64,000 bases of DNA, from positions 2,976,001-3,040,000 of the forward strand of contig CP089278.1 of the NCBI GenBank assembly GCA_023920165.1, read 5' to 3'. Below, piece by piece: positions 9,821-23,834 of the stretch. The notes below the pieces were generated by a model. That model made no database searches, had not been told where the DNA came from, and saw only the letters and a program-made list of their open reading frames with translations. This stretch comes from Curvularia clavata (Eukaryota). The first letter of the stretch is position 1. Each line of letters starts with the position of its first letter. A program made the position numbers and the translations under genes.

Positions 9821-12107
9821 CTACTCCGCTTCAGAGTCTGTGTCGGTATCGGTCTCGCTCTCAGACTCGACGTCGCCTTCAGTGTCGCTACCGCTGGAGT
9901 CGTCGGTGGCTGGCTTCCGCTTCTTTAATGGCGCGCCACCGGTCTTCATTTGACGCATCTGGCCAGCAAGAGAATCTGCAAGATGTAAGCGATTGTATTC
10001 GGCCTGTTGGGATTGGAGAAACTTACCCTCGTCTGGCTCACTGATTTCTTCCTCCTCTTCAACCTGCTCGGCTTTGCTGGCATCCTCTACAACCAGAGTG
10101 ACTTCCATCTTGGTGTCCATGCCAACGTAGCTGTCGCAGATCAAGTGCATGACGAATGTATAACTGCCAGGCTGTGGAGGAGCGCCGAATTGCATCTTGA
10201 GAGTCTGAACGTTGTATGTAGGTTTGCCACTCTCGTCAAGGATGGGCTTGTCAAAGGTGGAAAATGTGAACGGAGGCACAGCAATGCGTCCTTGCTTGCT
10301 GTCGGCAAGGAACACATGCCATCTTGGTGCGTGGTCCCGAGCATAGTAGGGTGCGTGTGCTAGAGGAGGTTGGATAGGCTTGTCGCTGGAGCTGTCGTTC
10401 TTGCGTCCAGTAATTGCTGCAACGTCGCCTTCCGCAGGATCAATGTCAAGCAGGTCTTTCGGGTTGACTTCGGGAATGTCGGTGACACCTGAGGGAAGGA
10501 AACGACCCTTGAGTACAAACTGTACCAAGCTGCTGGGTGTAACAAATCGCTCGCCAACAACCTTGAAGAAGGCCTTTTCGAGATGGAAGCGGGGAATCTG
10601 AGTAGCTACGGACATGGATGTGTTGTACTGATCTTGGGAAAGAAGGCCAGGCTTTACCAAGCGTGCTTTGCGCTGATCTTCAGGAAGTTGCATGAACTCT
10701 TGGATGGTAAGATGTGTCCTTGATCGCTCTGCCTCAGCGGCGTTGGCAATGGCGGGTGTGAAATAAGGTAGTTGTTCCAAGGGCGAGGATCCTGGCCGTA
10801 GCGCCTGAATAATATTTTGCGATGTCCTGTACGCCGATAGTACTGCTGCAGTGCTGCCATAAGCCAGCGCGATAGCGGTATAAGCCTCGTTCAATCGAAA
10901 TGCAATGGGTGCAACGGCGAACTTCTCCTCGTTAAGAGTGTCGTCTTCCAATTCAACGCGGCCAAGGTATGCCCACAACAAGGTCAGGACCTTGCGTCTC
11001 CGGCTATCTTCCAGATCGTCGAGTTTTTGACGGTCCTTTATTGTGAGCGTTGTGGGAATGAGGGATCCGGAGTTCTCAGAAAGAACCTTTTGCTCCAATT
11101 TCGATAGGCCGTTCTCTGCTTTCTGTCCAGCAAGAAGCTCGTTGAACTCCTCTCCACTGCTCAGCGCATAAATAACGCCCGTGTCGCCTTGGTCATTGTC
11201 GTAGTCACGGAAGATGTTGCCAGCACTTGCAACCAACACCTTCTCCTTGGTCAATCTCTGAGTTCCATACCACCACTTGCCGACTGTGTAGGGAAGAATG
11301 ACACCGAGTGCGAGCGCATAGATGAGCAAGACGTATTTGCCGGAGCCTTCGGTGACCAACCACTGCGGTAGCGCAATGCCAATGCTGAAGCTTTGCTTGC
11401 CATCAGGATGTCCGTATTGAAGAAAGTTGTTGCGAATGTCCTCGTCGGTAAGAGCCTTGAAGGCCTTGGTGACGTCTACCCAGTGGTCGTTGATGCTTTG
11501 CATCGTGATGTTCTTCTCGGGGTCCTCGCGAGCCTTGTCAGGGTGCAGTGTGAGAGATAGTTTACGGTAATGCCTCTTGATTTCCTTCTCATCTGCGCTC
11601 TGCATTGCAAGTTAGAATGACGGTTTAGGAAATGAAAGAGTCATGGCAGAGCACTCTTACCCTAGATATTCCAAGAATCCTGTAGGGGTCCCAGATCTCA
11701 GGTGCGGTCGACGAAGTGATCAATATAAGGTACACCATGGCGGCGTTGAGCGCCCAACCGCCCACCATGACGAGACCCCGCTTAATCCTCCTCTCCATGC
11801 GCTTCTGCTTCTTTCGTTGTCCTTGAATGAGATCGGCATGTTCGGGGGTGAAATCAGAGTTGATGCGCACTCCGGTGTTCTCAAGTTCTGTTTCCATGTC
11901 AATATAGTCAAGGTGCAGCACCAGCGATATGCGCACCTTTGCTGGGTCTCAGAAACGATATTGTGGTGGGGACAGTGACGAGTGTGGTGACGGTAAGGAT
12001 GAAGTAGGGGAAAAACTGGCCCTGCGAGCTTGTTAGATACAGATTGATTGATGTGCGCATTCAAGCCATACCTGCTCATCGTATGTGTAGTCTGTGCCGC
12101 CGGACAT
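9821..12107 (-). CDS. SEC63: Translocon J-domain subunit Sec63. Exons 12107-12072, 12021-11937, 11887-11661, 11599-10027, 9975-9821
   Basis: MSGGTDYTYDEQGQFFPYFILT; TM segments; J domain WDPYRILGIS...LHPDK; YGHPDG; Brl domain ending CDSYVGMD; acidic tail; four canonical introns. Confidence 0.95.
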
Positions 12108-12919
12108 GATTAATGTCTGTCCCTAGGGACAAGTGGAGATGTTGCGAAGGAGCGAATAAAAAAAGAAACCGCGGGGTAGACTCGACTTTTAAAGTAGCAG
12201 AAGGGGAAGACGGTGTCCTAAGCCAGTGGCATTACAGGGGAGACGTGGGCGGGGCGTATGAAAGAAAGTCGTGGCCACTTCTTGAAGTTGTTCCGACTAC
12301 TGTGTTCTTTCCCGCCGCACCACGACACATGGCGGCCGCAATTGCGCTTGGGCCTCAACGTCACGTGTCAGCGCGCATCCAATTCACGTCACGACGATAT
12401 CACGATTGGATGGGGGTTTGTTTTCACACTGCCGGAAAGAGATACTGAGACAACACATGAGGGAAGAATTTTGATTTATTTTGTATGGGGTAGTCATAAT
12501 CCAATGAATATGGCAAGTCATTGGGACTCAATCTATCAACACGCCTGCAATCTGTCCAGAAGCAGAAAGATTCGTGGGATACATCTCTCATTATGGTCGG
12601 TTCGCAGATATCACGTCTACCACGAAATTTTCGATATGAAACCAACTGAATAAGCTGTATGCTATGCTAGGTGCATGTGATTTCCACGCTCAATGCCATA
12701 ACTTGAATGCTTCATATCAATCATTCCTGTGATGCGCCGACACAACGCCGAAAGTGTACAAGATGGCATATTATGCTGCCTTCTTTTTCTAAAAAAAAAA
12801 AGGCACATGAACCAAAAACCGCTCAATAAAAAGTTACAGGGCCTCGACACGCGTGTGTCTGGCTTTTGTGTTTGAGAGAAACATCAACACCTCGTTCGCT
12901 TAGCAGCCCGTTAGACAAT

Positions 12920-15007
12920 CTACGCAGCAACCTCTGCTGATTCTGCCGCAGTGGAGCCATTTGTGCCATTGTGCGAAGGACTCTGAACTCCCGCATCCAG
13001 TGGCGCGGCGTGCAAGGCAGGCTTTTCAACACTCTTCATCCTACCGCTTCTCTTCTTTTCGAGAGCCGCCTTGACCCAATCTGCCACTTCTTGGTCTTCT
13101 ACCATTTCAATGGCTTCAGCTGGTCCCTTATCACCGGCAGCTTGATCTGGAGCAGCTTGTTGCGCAGCAGCAACCTCTTCTTCCTCCTCTTCGGTGATGG
13201 TGTCAGGCTTTGCAAGCGGGGCGAGCCAAGCATGCTGAAGCAGCATTGCGTAAGTCGGTCGCAGGTTGGGAATCTTGTTCAGACAGCCCCGTACAAAGTT
13301 CTTGGCCGCATCAGAGTATCCTTCGTCAGGCAGATCCGGTGGCTCGCCATCAACGATAGCCTAGGAAAATTAGTTTCGATTTGCAGGCTAAACACATATT
13401 TCTGGCACACTTACACTAAGCTGGCTGAAGATGTTGTTGTACGTCTCTGGTGGATAGGGGTATTGTCCAAGCGCGCACTCAATGATGGTCAAACCCAAAC
13501 TCCAGATGTCACTTTGTACGCTGTATGTACCGCCTCCGGGATTGGCACCTGCCTGTGCAATGCCACCCGAGGATATTCTCTCAGGAGCCATATAGCTTTG
13601 GCATCCGATATTGGTTTTGGCAATACTGGCGACAAGGTTGCCGCTCACACCAAAATCGCAAATCTTGACCGCGCCTCTAGTGTTGACTAGGATGTTGGTA
13701 GGCTTGACGTCGCGGTGGATAATGTTGTGTTCATCCTTCAATGATTTCAAGCCCATTGTAGTTGCCAAGGTGATCTTCCTCAGGACACCTTCGGGAACAC
13801 CGTCGGCGTACAACTTGTCAATGGATCCTCCGTCCATGAACTCCATGCAAATGTACACGGCTCCTTCCTGGAAGAAGGCGCCATAGAAGTCAACAATGTA
13901 GGGTGATCTGCAGCGGTGGAGGACGTCGAGCTCCATGATGATGGTAGCAAACTTTGAGTCTTCCAACTCAAGTCTCATTTCCTTCATGGCCATGACGATG
14001 CCGGTGCCCGCGGCGGGCTTTGCGCTCGAAGGGCTCGATTCTTCGTCAAAGTTCTTTCTCGAGGGAGAGCCTGGCGGAGCCTTGTTTCCCGCAAGACCCT
14101 GGCCTGGCTTTCGCATCCGGGGTCTGCTATGCCTGACCTTGTATACTGTGCCATAGTTTCCCTTGCCAAGCTCGTCGAGCGTGTCGACTTCGTCCAAAGA
14201 AATGTTGAATGTGGTGCCGCTGGCGAATTGGACACCCTCTGAGTTGAGTATGGCCTTGCCGGCAAACTTTAGGCTGCCAGTCTTGGTGTCGATGTACTGG
14301 GAGAACTGGTCAAACTGAGTTTCCTGCTTGCGCGGCTGTGCATCGTCTTGAGGTTTGTCGCCACCGTTCATTTGCCCGAGAGTCAGGCCGGGGTTCCTCC
14401 TGCCAGCAGGAGGCGCAGGGCTGGTACCGGGCAGTCCGCCGGGGAGCTTCATACCGCGTCGCTCAGCCATGGACTTCTTGGGCTCAGGCATGCGCCCGGG
14501 CACAGCAGGTGCCGACTGAAAGTTAGTCGTCGGTGGCCTAGGGGGCAGTCGGAAGTTACTGGGCACGCCTCCAGGATTGGCGACGCCGCCTGGCGACATT
14601 GGATTGCGGCCATCGAGCGAGGGGCCAGGACTCTGAGGGGCGGGGCCTCTGCCAGGCAAGCCGGTGGGCGGAGCGCCCTTGCGGCCTAGATGTACTGCTT
14701 GTATTCTGGCAAGGATATCCTGGGAGACGTTGAGGCCGCTTTGTCTGCTAGAAATGGTGGGGGGGTTTGGAGGACGGGGGTTTCTGGCGGCATTGATGTT
14801 GCCGAGGGGCGTGGACGAAGATGTCATGTTGGCAGTTGCGCCCGATGTGGAGGCTTTTCGCGGGGCAGGGCGTTCAGCGGACGGGTCTTCCAGCGAAGGG
14901 GGGGCATCGGCGGAAGGGCTCGAAGGCACGGGCGAGGGCGAGGGGCTATCGAAGACGGTATCCGAGTCGGCCTCGACGTCCGGAGTGGAGGGATTGGAAT
15001 CGGCCAT
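12920..15007 (-). CDS. PBS2: HOG-pathway MAP kinase kinase. Exons 15007-13415, 13360-12920
   Basis: GKGNYG, MAMKE, HRDVKPTN, DFGVSGNLVASIAKTNIGCQSYMAPE (Pbs2/Wis1 activation loop); Pro-rich N-terminus with basic docking motifs. Confidence 0.95.
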
Positions 15008-16053
15008 GGCGACGTGGTGACAAAGTCACGGCCTGGGATTGGCGGGGTACGGGGGCCAGAGCACGAGCAAGTGAGGGAGGGAAGAATGATGATGCGAAGG
15101 CGGCGAAGGAGAGGGACGGGGAGCAGCGACGGCACCGCGAGAGGAGACGTCGGGGCGGTGGTAGGGGAAAAGGGAGTATGGTGGAGGAGTGGTGGTTGTG
15201 GGTTGTAGCGTGCAAGTTCGCGCGCTGTGACGTGATGGTGCAGAGACCAAGGATAGCGCCAGTGTGGAGGCTCTCTGCTGCTGCTACTACTACTAGACAC
15301 GACGCCCACAGGACGACGCCGCGACACACGGGCACAGGGGTACGGGCAGATGATATCACTACAAGTAGCAGCACAGCAGACGGCAGGGCGCAAACCGCGA
15401 GGATGCCAGCAAAGCAGCATGGGCGCGACAAAGGCAGAATGGCGACGACGGCTCGTTTGGGCATCGGGCTCCATGGGAAACGCAGGTGCAGCAGGGCAAT
15501 ATTGCGTGTGCGAGACGACGAATGCCATTGCCATTGCCCATGCATCGCATCCGCCCCGCTACGGTGCAGCAGCTGAAAAGCAAAGGGCCGATGAGCCTGC
15601 GGACGGGCGATGATGGGCACGCAGGGCAGGGCAGACGCGCCCAGGCCAGGCCCGCCTACCCTACTTGCAAGTGTGGCGCAGAAGCCTAGCGCGTCGGCGC
15701 GCTGTGCTGTGCTGCCCTGCCATGATAGCAGCGGGCGCTCAACAACACGGTCGCCGGCCACCTAGTTAGCCCCGGCCCGTCCATCTTGTGCCTATCTTGC
15801 GCCCTCTGCCCAGGCGCCATGGCCGAACGGCGCCATGTTTCCGCGGCCATGCAGGGCCCAATGGCCCAAAACACGCCCGGAGCTGGTCCCTTCGGCTGCA
15901 CTTGCGCCTGCGCCCGGCGCGCGCGGCCGTGACGTCCATGGCCGCCTCGTAGCGCGTCCCCAGCCAAGACACTTTGCGCTTCATGATAACTATCTGTGTT
16001 TCCGCCTCCACCGCGCTCCCGCGCCTGCCATCCATCAAAAAAGGTTGCCCGCC

Positions 16054-17883
16054 ATGCCCTTCTTCTCTGCGCCAACGGCCTTGCGCCTGCGCACTTTCCC
16101 ACCCTCATCCTCGCACTTTGTCGCCATGGCTTCCCAATCACACGATTACTCGTCCAATGCCCTCTATGGCGCCCTCAAAAATACCCACTCGTCGCATCCC
16201 GACTTCGCCAACCTCACCCTCCTCGTCTTCGAGGCCGTCATGGAGGTCGTCTGCGTGAGCGCCCCCGGCTACGTCGTTGCGAGGATGGGCCAGTTCGATG
16301 CAGAGAGCCAAAAGTTCCTTGCCAACCTCAACACGCAGCTGTTTACGCCTTGCTTGAGTGAGTGGCAATCCCCTTGGCCCAGCTGCAACTCAACCTGACC
16401 CTGTGCCCTTGCAGTCTTCACCAAGCTCGCCTCCCAATTGACGGCCGAGAAGCTGTCTGAGCTTACCGTGATTCCGGTAATCTTTGTCGTGCAAACACTC
16501 ATCTCCTACCTCGCCGCCCTCACCGTGTCGCGCATCTTCAGGTTCAACAAGCGTGCCTCCAACTTTGTCGTAGCCATGGCTGTATGTGTCTTGTATTTCC
16601 GCTGCTCCGCCAAACACTAACAGCTACAGGTCTTTGGTAACTCCAACTCGCTGCCCATCTCCCTCGTCATTTCCCTCTCCAAAACCCTCAAGGGCCTGCA
16701 CTGGGACAGGATCCCCGGTGACAACGACAACGAAGTCGGTGCGCGTGGCATCCTCTACCTTCTCATTTTCCAGCAGCTTGGCCAACTTGTACGCTGGACT
16801 TGGGGCTTCAACGTGCTCCTGGCACCGGCCAGCGCATACAAGGATGACGAAGGCAGGAACGACGCCCTCGAAAGCGGAGAGTACAGCGACGACGAAGTAC
16901 AGCGCCTTCTGGACGATTCTCATTCTGATTACGAGTCTGGAAACGTTACCAGCTACGCTACCTCGGCCGACTGCAGCGATTCAGACTCAGATTCCATCTT
17001 CAACCGCGGACAAGCCCAGGCATCGGCCCTATTCATCACACCTACCAATGGCAATGCCACGGTCCCCGGAGCTGGCGATATGAGCGCCAACTCCAAGGGT
17101 CAAGGCGCCAACGGACACCTCAATGGCGTGCTTGCGGCTCACAAGAGACAGGAAGACACGCCCAAAGGCATCAAGGGCGTGCCCATGCGAGCGAGATTGG
17201 CACTGCAGCGCTCGGCCACTTCCGTCTCGATAACAACGACACGCGCGGGTAACCGTGTCTTTAACAGCTTGCCCGAGTCGCTACAGAAGCCCCTCTCCAA
17301 GATTGGTGCGGGCTTGTCGAGGTTCGGCAAGGGAGTCTGGGACTTTATGAATCCTCCTCTCTGGGCCATGCTGATTGCCATTGTCGTCGCCTCGATCCCA
17401 TCGCTGCAACACTTGTTCTTCACACCCGGAACCTTCATCAACACGTCCGTCACACGTGCTGTCAACCAGAGCGGCCAAGTGGCCGTGCCGCTGATTCTGG
17501 TTGTCTTGGGCGCCAACCTTGCACGCAACACACTACCAAAGGAGGACCAGCACTCGATGGAAGATCCAAGCGTCGAAAAGAAGCTCGTCATTGCCTCCCT
17601 CATCAGTCGCATGCTCATTCCGACCCTTCTCATGGCTCCCATGCTGGCCCTGACTGCCAAGTACGTGCCAGTCAGCATACTCGACGACCCCATCTTCATC
17701 ATTGTCTGCTTCCTCCTCAGTGGTGCACCAAGCGCGCTTCAGCTGGCACAAATCTGTCAGATCAACAACGTCTACATGGGTGCCATGTCGAAGATTCTGT
17801 TCCAGAGCTACGTCGTCTGGATCTTGCCGTCGACGCTGCTGCTCGTCATGCTCGCGTTGGAGACCGTCGAATGGGCAACATGA
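16054..17883 (+). CDS. Auxin efflux carrier / Mem_trans (PILS, YBR287W-like) transporter. Exons 16054-16357, 16415-16581, 16630-17883; alternative in-frame start at 16126
   Basis: LANLNTQLFTPCLIFTKL, FGNSNSLP, FMNPPL, AVPLILVVLGANL, APSALQL motifs; two TM bundles separated by a hydrophilic loop. Confidence 0.9.
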
Positions 17884-18712
17884 GCTTAGCAGGGTGGAAA
17901 ACAGGACGGGCGCCAGGTTGCGCCTGTCGCACTACTACAAACGGTGTACAGTATATGCAGACTGTAAACAGGAATTTTTGGGTTTCTAGCGAGGCGTTCG
18001 GGTGTTGGGCGTTTACACATTGTGACGTAGACTGTGGATAGTCCTTGGCGGGACCCAGTCGCCACGTCCAAAATAGCTTGTACATGGACTGCAAGTAACG
18101 TTGTATCATTATTATTATTTTTCTTGATAGTAACATGCTGCTCACTGCCGCATTAGAGAGCACATAGCCACGTGTACACTACCACTAGGTATTTTGCCTT
18201 TGTTCAGAATCCAAATTGCAGGTTTTCTGTCCGCTCGTGCTTGGTTGCCTCATTCTGGTTTGATGTCCTATAGCCCGCCAAGCACACCACCCACATAGAA
18301 GCTGACGGAGGCAGTCCGTGGCACGCCGTCTGACCCGGAAATGCTGACTTAAACCTGAAAGATCCAAGGGCCATGTTCAGCTTGTTTCTTCGTGTCCCGA
18401 GTTTTGTTTTACGTTTGGGCAGCCTTTGTTTTATCCGTCCTTATCAAGTCATGCTGACCGCCAATCAGCTTGGCACGTGGACCCTTCTACTCGCGTATAC
18501 TTTCTTGCCCGCCATGCCTGGGTATCGATAACACACACAACGCCCGCCCACCAAACGGCCCAATCCTCCTGTCACGAATTTGGGAGCGGCTATTGTCAGA
18601 GACTCTTCCTCCCCGGAAACAGGGTCCCCAACGCTTTCTGCTGCCACACACGCCGATCCGGCTTACTTACCTAGCCGGGTCCTTGAGCTCACCCCTCTGC
18701 CATTACCAAAGC

Positions 18713-21637
18713 ATGGCCTCCGATTCCAATTGGCAGGCTCACCAGCCCGCAGGCCCACAGTCAAGCGACTCTCTTGTCCTCTCGCCTAACAACACATTGG
18801 ACGACGGTGCGTCGCCGAGCTCCAACAAAGGTGAGTCCGCCGTCCTTTTGTTCACCAGCTCGCACGCAAGCTTCTTCAAGTCGTACTTGGCGGGGGGGTG
18901 TAGTTTGGAGAGTACCTTGATTCACGTGCACAAGCCTTTCCCAAGTCTTGGAAATGCCTGTGCTCGAAGCCGTCTAAGCATGTGTGGCTGTATTCTAGCT
19001 CATCAGGTAGTTTGCTTGAATTCTACAAACCGGAGAATAGATATTGCCTAGCATTCTGTATTGCTTTTCTCCTTATATCCGATCTTGATCCAACGCACCT
19101 GCTTACAATACCTCTACAGCTGTAACATTTCCCGATGATAGCACCATCTCTCCACTAATCATCGGCAAGAACAAGGAGCTCGACCAGAAAGATTATCTGG
19201 ACCTTGATAAACCACCCAGGCATTTCCCCGCCAGTGTCAGTAAAAAGCGGCTTTCTGGTCGCCCCTCTTATGAACGCGAGGGCTCGTCCAAGTCGGGAGC
19301 CCCAGAAGGCAATGTCTCCTTGACCTCATTGCTCTCAGAGAACCCGACCGATGCGGCTTCTCACGGCTACCAAGCCCATGACAGCCTGCTAAAACAGGTT
19401 GGTACATGGCTGAAGCAGGAGCGAAGCAGACGCCATGCTAGAAGGGCAAGGCGCAAAGCTGCCAAAGCCGGTGTCGCTGTCCAAGAAGCTTTAGAGGACG
19501 CTGCGGCAGAAGTGTCTGACAAACTCGGCGGTCACCACAGAAGCGACTCTGATTCTTCGAACGGCGAGGATGCCCTCACTCAACTGGCGCAGATTCTGGA
19601 AAAGAACCTGGCTTTGAAGGCTGCTGAAGCCAAGAGAAGGCCACATCACTTCCGAAGATCCTCCATAGGTCTGAAGCGACACTCTGCCGTCTCCCTTGAT
19701 TCGGACTACTTTGAGTCGGTAGACCAGCTTGTTCCCAGTTGTGAAGCCATCTTGGACAACTCAAAAACCATGGCATACAACGTCGATGAGCCAGGAAACG
19801 AGTCTAATCTTGATGTCGCGGACAAGGAGAGAGAGGCGTGGGCCAAGTTCCGAGCTGAGATCCTCCGTCTGACTCACACTCTGAAACTGAAAGGATGGCG
19901 AAAAGTACCTACTGAATTGAGCAACGAGATCAATGTACAACGTCTGAGCGGCGCGCTTACAAACGCTGTTTATGTCGTCTCCCCTCCTAAGAACCTGCCG
20001 CTTCCGGAGCAGAGCGAGGATGGTCCGCCCAAGCCCAGGAACCCTCCACCGTAAGTGCGCTTTTATATAATCCGTACTTGCCTAACTCTTTCCAGTAAAC
20101 TCCTCCTTCGCATCTATGGTCCGCAAGTAGAGCACCTGATCGACCGAGAGTCGGAACTACAGATCCTGACACGCCTTGCTCGTAAGCGCATTGGTCCACG
20201 CCTGCTTGGAACGTTCAGCAACGGACGATTTGAAGAGTTTCTTCACGCCGAACCACTCACTTCCAAGGAACTGCGCAACCCAGAGACCTCGGTACAGATT
20301 GCAAAGCGTATGCGAGAACTCCACGAAGGAATTGACCTGCTGAAGAAGGAGCGAGAGGCTGGCCCATTCGTCTGGCAGAACTGGGACAAATGGGTTAATC
20401 GCTGTGAACACATTGTGAACTGGATGGACCAGAAGGTCCGTGAGAGTAGCAAAGCCCCCTCCAAAGCGTCTTCTGACGACTTGAAGAAGCGGGGATATGT
20501 GTGTGGCGTTGAGTGGCCGGTGTTCAAGCAGATGATCTACAAGTACCGGAAATGGCTAGAGGACCAATACGGTGGCATTGATAAGATCAACGAGCGAATG
20601 GTCTTCGCCCATAATGATGTGAGTTTAATGTGTAGTAGAAATGATGTAACCTAACCCGCCACAGACGCAGTATGGAAATATCCTTCGAATGATGCCAGAA
20701 GGCGAGTCACCACTGCTGCTACCGGCCAATCAGCATAAACAGCTGGTGGTTATTGACTTTGAATACGCAAATGCAAATTTGCCTGGCCTTGAATTTGCCA
20801 ATCACTTTGTAAGCTCTTTTTCTTATCGCCCACCTCTATCCAGTGTCCTTTCGCAAGAACGGACTAACACCGTTTCAGACAGAATGGGCGTACAACTACC
20901 ACGATGCCGAAGCTCCCTGGCGTTGCAATACTAAGAATTATCCAACCCTTGAGGAGCAGCATCGATTCATCCGAGCGTACCTGATGCACAACCCATCCTA
21001 CAAGGCTCCTGGTGGCTACACATCCAACCCAGCTACACCACACCTTGGCCCGCTCCCCACATCCGGCAGCACAACAGCCCTAGCCGCGACTGCCGCCCCC
21101 AGCAGCATTTCCGCCTTCATGCTCGACTCGCGCGCTCCCCCAGGAGAAAAGTACCAGGAGCAAGAGGCCCAGTACGAGCGCCAAATCGAAGAAGAAGCCC
21201 GTCGCCTACTTGCAGAAACCAAACTCTGGCGTCTTGCCAACTCCGCCATGTGGGTGGCGTGGGGCATAGTCCAAGCCCATATCCCCGGTCTCCCAGACTT
21301 CGACGACGAAGACAAAGCCGCCGCCAATCCCAACCCCGAAGCTGCCATGCTCGCCAGCGCAACCGCTGAACTAGAAGCCGCTGCGAAAGCCCAGGAAAAA
21401 GACGCCACCACCGGGACCGTGAGTCAAGAACCAGCGGAGCAAGCAGATGCACAGGCGGGCAAAGACGAGGACGCAGCTGATTTCTTTAAGCCGCAGGACG
21501 AGGAGGAGTTCGATTATCTACAGTATGCCAATGATAGGGCTATGTTTGTCTGGGGTGATGCGCTTAGGATGGGTATTGTAAAGGCGAGTGAGTTGCCGGA
21601 GGAGCTGCTGGAGAGGGTTAAGGTGGTGGAGTATTGA
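18713..21637 (+). CDS. CKI1: Choline/ethanolamine kinase. Exons 18713-18830, 19120-20050, 20096-20618, 20665-20808, 20879-21637
   Basis: LSGALTNAVY, LLLRIYG, FSNGRFEEF, Brenner motif HNDTQYGNIL across a splice junction, VIDFEYA; frames join cleanly over four introns. Confidence 0.92.
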
Positions 21638-22069
21638 GGGGTGGAGGAGCTGGGGTGGTGTGTGTCAAGAGGGAATGCGTAATGATTGACTTTTTGAGTG
21701 GGGTTGAGCGAGGAGAAGCGACTGGGGGAGAGAAGAGAGAGGTTGGAGGACAGACAAGGTATCCCTCCACGCATCTGTCTTGTTGATCTTCTTCGCTGTA
21801 TCTAAACTCCCTCCTACGAATTAAGAAATGAAAAAAAAAAGAGCAAGAAAAAAAGAGCTGTGTGACAAACGTCCGGTTAGTGCTCAGTGTACCTGACATG
21901 AAAAAACGGTGAATTATTGCATGCTTCCCTTTTCAAGTATAACAAAGAGAGACATAAATCTGGTATACACATGCCACATTCATACGCCGCTGGTATAACG
22001 CCACATCCAACACCAATCAGAAAGAAAAAATCATCGTCGCGTAAGAAACATAACAGCAAGAATCGAGAC

Positions 22070-23344
22070 TCATGTCGTATCCATCTTGTCCTCATCCCCT
22101 ACTTCCTCTCCACTCCCCTTCTTTCCCCCATTCATGCCACTCCCTACCAGCGCCTCCAACCCCCTCACCTCTTCGCCTCCCACCCTCGTGCCCCCAACTT
22201 CCCACACTCCCTCCACCCCATCCACCGTATCCACTCCCCGGCGCTCCAGCACCCGCTTCGCCTGGCTTTCTATATACGCTCTGCGCTGCTCATGCTGCGT
22301 CGACGCCGGCGCCGAAGACGAGGTAGAAGAAAGATGGGGTTTCAGCGACGCAACGAGTTGCCGTAGGTAGGGAAGCTGTGTGGTGCTGAAGGTAGTGTGC
22401 GTTGTTAGCGGCGTGGTCTTGGGCTTGTCATTGGAGGATTGCTGGGGTGTTAGGCCGAGGGCTTGAGCGGAGGGTGTGTGGGTTAAGAAGGCAAAGGTGG
22501 AAGGTGTTTCCGCTGCGTCTGTTGTTTCCTGTTTCTGAGGCACGGATTGCGGGACTAGCAGGGTCCTAAGTCGGGCAATGAGTGCTTCATTGCGGGTTTT
22601 TTCCGCGACGAGCGCAGCGTGGAGTTTTTGTGTTTCTATGAGTTTACGACGGAGGGTGAAGAGGGCTTCGGGTGTGAGAATCGAGTCTTTGGAGGGGGGT
22701 TGGAGGTTCTGTTTTGGTTAGCTGGGGTTATTTCTTTCTTTCTCTCTTTCTTGGATTGATTCACGGAATACAAACCTCGTAATGTCCCAACCTCACCCAA
22801 TCCCCCAGCCCTTCATCCTCGCCCTTCCCTCTGCCTAGCGCAAAAATATTCCGCAGCGTCCAAATCTCCAACTTGTCAAAGTTCTTGTCGACAGCATTCT
22901 CCATCAGCGTCTCGAGCTTCAGCACTCCTTCTTCAATTTCCAGTCGCGCTTCGGGATACACATTGTTGCCGTCTTCGTCTTTTTGCGGCTCACGATTCTG
23001 TGAGGCGTAGAGGTCGGCGAAGCCGAGCAGGGCTGGGTCGGCTGAGGAGAGACCGGTTTCGAACGAGTCGGTGCAGCGGTAGAGGACTTCGTTTACGGCG
23101 TTGATGATATCGTCGATGAGGGACTGAGTGTGAGCGTTAGGATAAACTAGCTCTTAACATAACAATCAAGGTATAGACTGGTATGCGCTACTCGAAATCA
23201 TGACTTGAGAAGTGTTTGGCGGGGGAATTGTTTCCCAATCCCTCCTACAGACCTCACCCACTCGACAGTTTTTTCACGTACAATCGGGGGCCAGGAAAAG
23301 TGCTCGGTAAGGAGCATATTCTCCTGCTGCTTTGCGCTCGCCAT
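22070..23344 (-). CDS. MIS12: Kinetochore protein Mis12/Mtw1. Exons 23344-23282, 23123-22776, 22708-22070
   Basis: LLTEHFSWPPI|SLIDDIINAVNE, EIEEGVLKLETLMENAVDKNFDKLEIWTLRNIF. Confidence 0.92.
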
Positions 23345-23795
23345 CCTGCTCTCTGCTGCTGTTGCGCCCGTTGCTGTTGTCACAGATGTTCCCTACGGTG
23401 TTTGCGACACGCGCGCCGCGGGACGTGTGTTTACCCCGGCGACTGCAACGGAAGACAAGGGTCATACACGCGCTAGTCAGGTCGCTTAAACCACTTAGTT
23501 TTGGGATCCCTGCCCCAGGAAGACTGCATGCGGGCGTGTGAGACATGAAGGGAGCAGCAGCCGCTGTTTCTGAGCACGCTTTTGGCACAGCAACTAAAAA
23601 AGACAATACACCGACAAGCCAGGATATGGCAAGAAAGCTCATGTTTGCACTCGATTGCACACAGCCCTCAATTACCGTGGTACACGACCCAGTGCCTCAA
23701 GCACCTGACTTCCATTCCTATATTATACAATCGCTGCCATATGTACACCATACGTCTGAGATGTGCACGCAACATGGCGTCCCTTGCGATAATGC

Positions 23796-23834
23796 TGATG
23801 ATGATGATAATGATGATGATGATGATGATGATGA
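23796..23834. repeat. (GAT)n microsatellite, one interruption
   Basis: About 13 TGA/GAT units read directly. Confidence 0.9.

Noticed and set aside
14690..16400. Many overlapping 150-270 aa ORFs between PBS2 and the transporter, and at 62900-63990
   Set aside because: High-GC promoter/leader DNA with few stop codons; low-complexity R/A/P/G translations; no family motifs
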